Below are positions 57,996 to 64,000 of a DNA stretch of 64,000 nt, in pieces; the stretch's first letter is position 1, and every line of letters begins with the position of its first letter. A program made the position numbers and the translations under genes. The notes beneath the pieces are model-generated. The model saw nothing but the letters and a program-made list of their open reading frames with translations. It did not search any database and was not told the origin of the DNA. Origin of the DNA: Candidatus Obscuribacteraceae bacterium (lineage in GTDB: Bacteria; Cyanobacteriota; Vampirovibrionia; Obscuribacterales; Obscuribacteraceae); assembly GCA_044229845.1 (NCBI GenBank), contig JBGASG010000013.1, positions 1-64,000 of the forward strand, in the 5' to 3' direction.

Positions 57996-58024
57996 AAGAG
58001 AGAGGGCGACCGAAGCCGCCCTCT
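57996..58024 (-). terminator. Intrinsic terminator for rplY (possibly bidirectional)
   Basis: Minus strand AGAGGGCGGC-TTCG-GTCGCCCTCT then a pyrimidine tail. Confidence 0.75.
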
Positions 58025-58047
58025 GATTGCTCTGATTAGCTGCCTTG

Positions 58048-58686
58048 CTATTCCTTGTCTTTTTCCTTGCTGGCGGCAGCGGGAGCTGCAGCGGCAGGAG
58101 CGGCTTCGGCAGCAGCGGCTTTGGTTTCTTCAACCATGGCTTTCTTGGCCACCACACGGGCAACCAGTTCTTCCGGTGGGTTGAGGACCACGACGCCCTT
58201 CGGCAGTTTCAGTTCGGAGAAGTGAATGCCGTGATCGACTTCGACGATTGTGGACAGGTCGACTTCGATGAAGTCAGGGATGTCGCCCGGCAAGCATTCG
58301 ACTTCTGCATCAGCAAAGTTTTCGATCAATTGACCGCCTGCGGCAACCGCCGGCGATTCGCCGAAGAACTTGAGCGGCACGTTCATGGTCACCTTACGGT
58401 CTGCGGCCACACGGTAGAACTCAACGTTCAAGACTTCGTGAGTGGTGTGCTTGCGCTGCACATGGCGGATGATCGCCTGGACGGTTTTCTTGTCAGGACC
58501 GCCTTCCAGCTCGATAATGTGCGAGTAGGCGGCAGCCGGCAGGCGGGTGAACTCGCGTTCATTTACCTGGACGTTGATTGACGGCGAGCCCGGACCGTAA
58601 ACGGTGGCGGGGATTTTGCCGTCGCGACGCAGCTGATTGGGCTTCCGCTCTTCGCGCGTCTCAAGCTTGAGCTTGAACTTTTCCAT
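58048..58686 (-). CDS. rplY: 50S ribosomal protein L25 / Ctc (long form)
   Basis: LRRDGKIPATVYG, CLPGDIPDFIEVD, LKLPKGV, Ala-rich tail. Confidence 0.95.
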   Translation of the reverse strand: MEKFKLKLETREERKPNQLRRDGKIPATVYGPGSPSINVQVNEREFTRLPAAAYSHIIELEGGPDKKTVQAIIRHVQRKHTTHEVLNVEFYRVAADRKVTMNVPLKFFGESPAVAAGGQLIENFADAEVECLPGDIPDFIEVDLSTIVEVDHGIHFSELKLPKGVVVLNPPEELVARVVAKKAMVEETKAAAAEAAPAAAAPAAASKEKDKE

Positions 58687-58758
58687 GAGAACTGACCTCT
58701 TTAGACAAAACGGGGAGCCAAGAAGCGAGTTTCCTCGCCTGGCCGCCGCACTTTCAAT

Positions 58759-58830
58759 CTGGGGCGCAAGGATTCGAACCTCGGAATGCCTGGACCAAAA
58801 CCAGGTGCCTTACCGCTTGGCGACGCCCCA
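58759..58830 (-). tRNA. tRNA-Gln (TTG), CCA not encoded
   Basis: Reverse complement TGGGGCGTCGCCAAGCGGTAAGGCACCTGGTTTTGGTCCAGGCATTCCGAGGTTCGAATCCTTGCGCCCCAG folds as a cloverleaf. Confidence 0.97.
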
Positions 58831-58851
58831 GCGCAGCAAACGCAATCAGGG

Positions 58852-58881
58852 ATTGTATTTAATAACTAAGCGCTGTGTCAA
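58852..58881 (-). promoter_or_regulatory. Sigma70-type promoter of tRNA-Gln-rplY
   Basis: Minus strand TTGACA-N18-TACAAT, 21 nt before the tRNA. Confidence 0.75.
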
Positions 58882-58927
58882 CTTCACATATATGTCTGTA
58901 ACTTAGGCTGAGCGCCTGCTTCTGGCT

Positions 58928-59329
58928 TCAGACCGGGTCGCGGCGGGCGGCCCATTTGGTCAACATGGACTGTAATTCTTTGGCGCTGAAGGGCTTTTCG
59001 AGATAATCGTCCAGTCCGGCGGCCATACAACTGTCACGCAGGTCGTCAGCTAGAAACGCCGACATGGCAACCACCGGAATCGGCGGTCCAGGCAGGACCT
59101 CACGCAATTTTTGGGTGCAGATGAGCCCATCGAAGTCCGGCAGCGCGATATCCATCAAAACCAGCGTGAATTGATTTTCAGGGCGGCGAGCATGCTCCAG
59201 AGCCTCTTGCCCACTGCCGGCCAGAATTACTTTGTAGCCGAATTCCTCGGCAAGCAGCGCAATCACTTTTTGCTGTGTCTGATTGTCTTCGACAACAAGG
59301 ATCACAGGCTTTTCCACGGCCGTACTCAC
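58928..59329 (-). CDS. Single-domain response regulator (receiver)
   Basis: LVVEDN, LMDIALP, AMSA, YLEKPF. Confidence 0.92.
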   Translation of the reverse strand: MSTAVEKPVILVVEDNQTQQKVIALLAEEFGYKVILAGSGQEALEHARRPENQFTLVLMDIALPDFDGLICTQKLREVLPGPPIPVVAMSAFLADDLRDSCMAAGLDDYLEKPFSAKELQSMLTKWAARRDPV

Positions 59330-59545
59330 TCAACCAACTTCGCTAATACCAGAAGCAGATTAATACCTCTCTGGCAGGCTGGTAAAGTAGTGCGCGAAAC
59401 AGCAGTGCAGACGATCTTAGACGTCCTGCGCGCAGATCAAGCGTCAGCAACTGCTTTCGGCGTTTGCTGTACGTCAACATAAAATTTGTGCCGCTCACCA
59501 TATATGGTGTCACGTCCATAAGCATATGCCGGTTGAGCCATTGCC

Positions 59546-60526
59546 TCAGATAGGGTAAGCCGCCGGTTCCATGGCCGGCATGTGGAAGTTCTGAGTATAG
59601 GCATAGTCGGGGATCCAGCGCTTCTGCCAGTCCGAGGGGGGCGAGATCATGCTGACGCCGTTGGCCAGTTCCACAACTTTGCGACCGCCGACCGTGTAGC
59701 CGACATTGCCCTTCTGATCTACTTTGAGGTCCAGTTCCGGGTAGGGCGTCGCTTTGCCGCTGGCTTCTGTAAACACCCATGTCTTGCCACCATCCTCGGT
59801 GGCCCAGCTCGTGCCGTCAATGTTCTTGATTCCGACCAGGGCTCCCTTTTGGTAATTGAACTCGCGCAGCGCCGTGCCGCCGAAATCGGTAACTCTACTG
59901 ATCAACGATCCGTCCTTCTCCACCTGCGCCCAGTTAGCCCGCGTGTTCCAGTCCGATCGATGCCAGAAAGAGATGGCAGTATGCTCGTCCGGAGTCAAGG
60001 TGACCCGGGCGCCAATCGAGGGATTGTCGAAGGAAATGTTGCCGTGACTGTCCACCATCAACCACTCCATCGCCGTCGGCGAGAGGTTGTTGTACAAGTC
60101 TTTGAATTGCCACTTTCCTTGTGAGTTGACTACATAAGAGCCATTAGGCAGGACCACTTCATTGAGGTTGCCGTTGCTGTCATATTTGAAGCGCCGCACA
60201 TCGTGGCCGCTCGTGTCTTTGACGGCCCGAATACGGCCGTTGTTTGACGAATCGGTGTCGGCGAAATACTCATTTGAATACATGTGGTTGGCGACGCTGT
60301 CGAGTTCGCCGTCGATGTTGCGACTCTTGTCGCCACCGATCGCTTTGCCTGGGCCTTCGTTGCTGCCATCGGCTTCTTTTTCCTCGTCGTCGTGATGAAA
60401 GAGCTCTTTCAGCTTGTGCCATTCATCACTCACGAATTCAGCGAGTCTTTGCAACGGGCATTCGTGCTGTCCGTTGACCAGAGTTGCGGTACTGTCCGCA
60501 ACACCACCTACGGTGTTGTCCGCCAT
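59546..60526 (-). CDS. Hypothetical protein with YD/RHS-like beta repeats
   Basis: RRFKYDSNGNLNEVVLPNGS and REFNYQKGALVGIKNIDGT. Start uncertain (60526 or 60553). Confidence 0.7.
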   Translation of the reverse strand: MADNTVGGVADSTATLVNGQHECPLQRLAEFVSDEWHKLKELFHHDDEEKEADGSNEGPGKAIGGDKSRNIDGELDSVANHMYSNEYFADTDSSNNGRIRAVKDTSGHDVRRFKYDSNGNLNEVVLPNGSYVVNSQGKWQFKDLYNNLSPTAMEWLMVDSHGNISFDNPSIGARVTLTPDEHTAISFWHRSDWNTRANWAQVEKDGSLISRVTDFGGTALREFNYQKGALVGIKNIDGTSWATEDGGKTWVFTEASGKATPYPELDLKVDQKGNVGYTVGGRKVVELANGVSMISPPSDWQKRWIPDYAYTQNFHMPAMEPAAYPI

Positions 60527-60619
60527 TCCATCACCTTGCCCTAACCTAGCCACGGGGATCGCTACAACGGTATATAGGCAAGGAGAAACTTTTTTGGACG
60601 CGCTCAGATTAAACTCTGC

Positions 60620-62305
60620 CTAAAGGCGCGAAACATCCTCGAACAAGGACCGGGCGAAATCAATGCTGGCTTGCCCCTGCTGATCGCCACCGGCCATGGC
60701 GGCCACCGCTTTCACCCTCTCTTCGCTATCCAGAACCTGGCAAGCAATTGCTGTTTTGGTGCGCGTTTGTTCCTTGCGTACCTCTATATGATGATCGGCC
60801 ACGGACGCAATGATCGGCTGGTGAGTGATGCAGAGTATCTGGTGCGATCCGGCCAGTTGAGCCAGTTTCTCCCGCATGGTTTTCAGCAATCGACCGCTCA
60901 AGCCTGTGTCGATTTCGTCAAACACCACTGTATGCACCCGGTCGGCCTGGGCAAAAATCGTCTTCACCGCCAGCATCACTCGCGACAGTTCGCCGCCGGA
61001 GGCGATCTTGGCCAGCGGCGCCAGCGGCTGTCCGGGATTGGGGGCAATCAGCAGCTCGACTCGATCGCTGCCGGCCGGGCTCAATCCGGCTTCGCTGGTG
61101 ACTGAGACACTGAACTGGCAGTGAGTCATACCGAGGTCTATCAGTTCGGCAAGAATGCGTTTGCTGACTTTTTCGGCCAGCGAGGTTCGTTTCTGAGAGA
61201 GCGCCCCGGCCTCTTTGAGCAGTTCCTTTTCCACGTCGGCATGCTCCGCTGCCAGCTCCGCAATTGTTTCATCCGCAGAGCTCAGCCGCTCAATCTCCTC
61301 GGTCAAGTCAGCCTGGCGGTCGATTGCCTCTTGCAAGGTGGGTCCATACTTACGCTTAATGGCAGACAGCTGCCCGGCCCTCTCCTCCAGTTGCCCGAGC
61401 TGTTCGGGATCGCTTTCGATGCGCTCGCGATAACGACGCAACTCCCTCTGACAATCGGCAAGAGCATCGATTGAAGAAGCCAGCGTGTCTTTGACCGGGT
61501 CAAGGGTTTCGTCGAACTCGCAGGCTTTTTGCACGTCGACCAGGGCCGACTGCACCAGGTCGAGTGCACCGCTGCCAGTATCATGATCGCCGCCGGCGAT
61601 GGCCGTCTGCGCCTGCAAAACCAGCTGCTCGAGATCGACGGCATTAGCCAGCAAACGGCAGTGGGCGCTGATCACAACGTCCTCATCGGCAGCGGTGAGG
61701 CGGGCTTCCGCCAGTTCAGCCAACTGAAACCGGGCGAAGTCGAGTCGTCGCGTGCGCTCCTCCGATGAAAGCGTCAGCGTCTCCAGTTGTGTTTCCAGCT
61801 GGCGGAAGCGGACATAAAGAGTGCGCACTTTTTGCAATAGCTTTTTGTGCTCGCCGTCACCCAGTCCATCCAGAAGTTCTAGCTGCGCCTGAGGCGACAT
61901 CAGCGTTCGGGCCTCATGCTGAGCATGCATCGTCAATAATCTGGAGCGCACTTCCTGCACCAGGGATATATTCACCAGCGTGCCGTTGATGCGACACTTG
62001 CTACCGGATTTGGTGACCTCGCGAGAAAGAATCAATCCATCGAACGTGTCGTCGCCCAGTTCATTTTGTTTCAACCAGGCAGCCACATCCGGGGTGAGCG
62101 CGAACGTCGCCTCGACATTGGCTTTTTCGGCGCCATTGCGGATTACGGACGATCCCACTTTGCCGCCGAGCACCACATTTAATGCGTCGATGATGATCGA
62201 TTTTCCGGCTCCGGTCTCTCCCGTGAGCACGTTAAAACCCAACCCGAAAGACACGCGAACCCGCTCTATGAGCGCAAAGTCACGGATTTCTAGCTCTTGC
62301 AGCAC
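60620..62305 (-). CDS. recN: DNA repair protein RecN
   Basis: LTGETGAGKS, PNPG, ASGGELSR, FDEIDTG, CITH. Confidence 0.97.
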   Translation of the reverse strand: MLQELEIRDFALIERVRVSFGLGFNVLTGETGAGKSIIIDALNVVLGGKVGSSVIRNGAEKANVEATFALTPDVAAWLKQNELGDDTFDGLILSREVTKSGSKCRINGTLVNISLVQEVRSRLLTMHAQHEARTLMSPQAQLELLDGLGDGEHKKLLQKVRTLYVRFRQLETQLETLTLSSEERTRRLDFARFQLAELAEARLTAADEDVVISAHCRLLANAVDLEQLVLQAQTAIAGGDHDTGSGALDLVQSALVDVQKACEFDETLDPVKDTLASSIDALADCQRELRRYRERIESDPEQLGQLEERAGQLSAIKRKYGPTLQEAIDRQADLTEEIERLSSADETIAELAAEHADVEKELLKEAGALSQKRTSLAEKVSKRILAELIDLGMTHCQFSVSVTSEAGLSPAGSDRVELLIAPNPGQPLAPLAKIASGGELSRVMLAVKTIFAQADRVHTVVFDEIDTGLSGRLLKTMREKLAQLAGSHQILCITHQPIIASVADHHIEVRKEQTRTKTAIACQVLDSEERVKAVAAMAGGDQQGQASIDFARSLFEDVSRL

Positions 62306-62438
62306 AGTGATAAAAGACCCCCAACAGGGTCAATCATAACTGAAAAACGATCGGCGGCAACAGGCAAATACTTGCGGTCTTGAGGGTTAGCGGATAGAGT
62401 AGAAGTAAGCAGCTGCCAAGAGGTCCCTTAGCCGCGCC

Positions 62439-62813
62439 ATGACTTCGTCTTTACGGGAACACCAGGAGCACTACCGCGCGCACCATCGCACGGTTGGATG
62501 CAAGCTCACACACCTCTTCGGCGTGCCCATGATCGCGCTTTCGATCCCAGCGCTTCTCTTCAATCGCAAGCTTTCCGCCTCGCTTTTTTTCACCGGCTGG
62601 GCCCTGCAGTTCATCGGTCACTTCGTGTTCGAAAAAAACAAGCCGATGCTGTTCAAAGATCCGAAAGATCCACTTACTTATTGCTCGGCACTAATCTTTG
62701 TCACGCAAGAGTGGCTCAGTCTGTTGAATGGCGGGCGTCTCACCGGCGATGACAGTCAGGTCAGTGCGGTGACTCATTTGCGTCCACGCCGCCGTCGCAC
62801 TGGCAGCGTCTGA
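62439..62813 (+). CDS. DUF962 (Mpo1-like) membrane protein
   Basis: Y...H, HLFGVP, GWALQFIGHFVFEKNKP. Confidence 0.9.
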   Translation: MTSSLREHQEHYRAHHRTVGCKLTHLFGVPMIALSIPALLFNRKLSASLFFTGWALQFIGHFVFEKNKPMLFKDPKDPLTYCSALIFVTQEWLSLLNGGRLTGDDSQVSAVTHLRPRRRRTGSV

Positions 62814-62849
62814 CCCAATTTTTCAACAATCATGCGCTAACATAGCGAA

Positions 62850-63338
62850 ATGACGAATTTCTGGTGGGCGCTCTATATCGTAGTTTGCCTGGGATGCACG
62901 GTACCACTGATCGGGATTGCTCAGGAGAGTGAGCACTGGCGCAAAGTGCAGGGTGCCTGCATCGACAACACAACCGAAAAACGGACAATCGTCTTCGAGG
63001 TCGGCTCCAAAGACTATAAAACCTCCAACGAATCTGTCATCGATGTGTTGGGACAGCGCTTTGGAATCGACTTCCATTTTCGTCCCGGGCAAATGAAAGA
63101 GGTGATCAACGGGATCGACCCGCAGATCGGACAGCGCGTCGAACTGTACTACGACCCGCAAAATCCCTGGCAGGCAGTGGTTATGAAAGGCTGGTCGATG
63201 CCCGTCATTATCTTCATGCTGGTCACCCTGCTGCCTCTGTTGATCAGATGCGTCGCGCATTTCGGTATGAGCTGGAATCCGCGTGCGTACGGGAACGGGT
63301 ACGATCCCATAGCCAACGACAGCATCGATATCTTTTAG
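62850..63338 (+). CDS. DUF3592-like membrane protein
   Basis: TM, WRKVQG, GQRVELYYDPQNP, TM. Confidence 0.75.
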   Translation: MTNFWWALYIVVCLGCTVPLIGIAQESEHWRKVQGACIDNTTEKRTIVFEVGSKDYKTSNESVIDVLGQRFGIDFHFRPGQMKEVINGIDPQIGQRVELYYDPQNPWQAVVMKGWSMPVIIFMLVTLLPLLIRCVAHFGMSWNPRAYGNGYDPIANDSIDIF

Positions 63339-63378
63339 CCGGACTGCACCATGCGTGGTATCAGATGCAAAGCCGCAA

Positions 63379-64000
63379 TCAGACAGCCGGAACTGGCTGC
63401 AACGCCTGAATGCTCACCTGCGCAGCCAGTTGTTTGGCCACTTGTAAGAAAGCCGTCGAAACCGGATGATCAGGGTTGACTGCCGTGATCGGCTTGCCCG
63501 AGTCACCGCCCTGACGGATTGAAACATCGATGGGAATGGCTCCCAAGAATGGCACAGCCAGTTCCTTGGCCAGCTCCTTGCCACCACCGGTGGAGAAGAT
63601 ATCGGTGCGCTCTTCACAGTGCGGGCACTGGAAGAAACTCATATTTTCAACGAAACCAAGCACCGGCACCTGCATTTGTTGGAACATGGCCAGTCCGCGG
63701 CGGCCGTCCAGCAGCGCCACATCTTGCGGTGTGGTAACAATTACCCCACCGGAAAGATTGGTTGCCTGCACCATACTCAACTGTGCGTCACCCGTGCCTG
63801 GCGGCATGTCGACAACCAGGTAGTCCAATTCGCCCCATTCAACATCGCGAAGAAACTGGCGAATCGCCTTGTCCAGCATCGGTCCACGCCAAACGACTGG
63901 AGTGTCTTTGGGAACGAAGAAAGCCATGGAGATCACTTTCACTCCATAGTTTTCCGCCGGCAAGATCTTGTTATCCCGAGCTGCCGGCTGGTAATCAGGC
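63379..64000 (-). CDS. mrp: Mrp/NBP35 (ApbC) Fe-S cluster carrier ATPase, 5' part outside the window
   Basis: WRGPM, LDYLVVDMPPGTGD, VTTPQ, ENMS..CPHC. The frame stays open to the window end. Confidence 0.96.
   Translation of the reverse strand, partial: PDYQPAARDNKILPAENYGVKVISMAFFVPKDTPVVWRGPMLDKAIRQFLRDVEWGELDYLVVDMPPGTGDAQLSMVQATNLSGGVIVTTPQDVALLDGRRGLAMFQQMQVPVLGFVENMSFFQCPHCEERTDIFSTGGGKELAKELAVPFLGAIPIDVSIRQGGDSGKPITAVNPDHPVSTAFLQVAKQLAAQVSIQALQPVPAV

Noticed and set aside
58759..60553. Possible island integrated at tRNA-Gln
   Set aside because: No integrase or duplicated tRNA 3' end was seen, and the tRNA 3' side leads directly to rplY.

Overview
A 64-kb, roughly 57% GC (estimated by eye) chromosomal window made mostly of housekeeping genes: dtd, kdsB, hisS, thiL, folD, cinA, queA/queG, secDF, yceD-rpmF-plsX-fabH-fabD, gatD, rplY, recN, mrp, tRNA-fMet and tRNA-Gln. 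These are interspersed with signalling genes (2 GGDEF, 2 Ser/Thr kinases, 2 histidine kinases, 2 response regulators, an ECF sigma factor, a MshEN-like protein) and lineage-specific hypotheticals. Cyanobacterial-type proteins (SigG-like sigma, RRM protein, porin-type SLH domain, KaiB-like protein) with no photosynthesis genes suggest a non-photosynthetic cyanobacterial relative such as Melainabacteria/Obscuribacterales; this is inference only. I saw no mobile element, CRISPR array, rRNA or prophage. The top observation is the 'hypothetical' ORF 12085..12762, which aligns by eye to the intermediate plus apical domains of GroEL with no equatorial ATPase domain, i.e. a candidate natural stand-alone 'minichaperone'. 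It is coupled to a coiled-coil/Zn-ribbon protein and faces a Zn-ribbon M48 protease. Other highlights: a histidine kinase fused via an internal signal-peptide-like segment to a TPR array, an orphan KaiB-like protein behind a tandem pair of atypical dTMP-kinase-like genes, queA/queG start codons sharing one CATG, a barrel-less SLH/coiled-coil protein, a tandem pair of secreted G/Q/N/S-rich paralogs, several candidate operators, and signs of frequent leaderless mRNAs. All homology calls are by-eye motif recognition; no searches were run.
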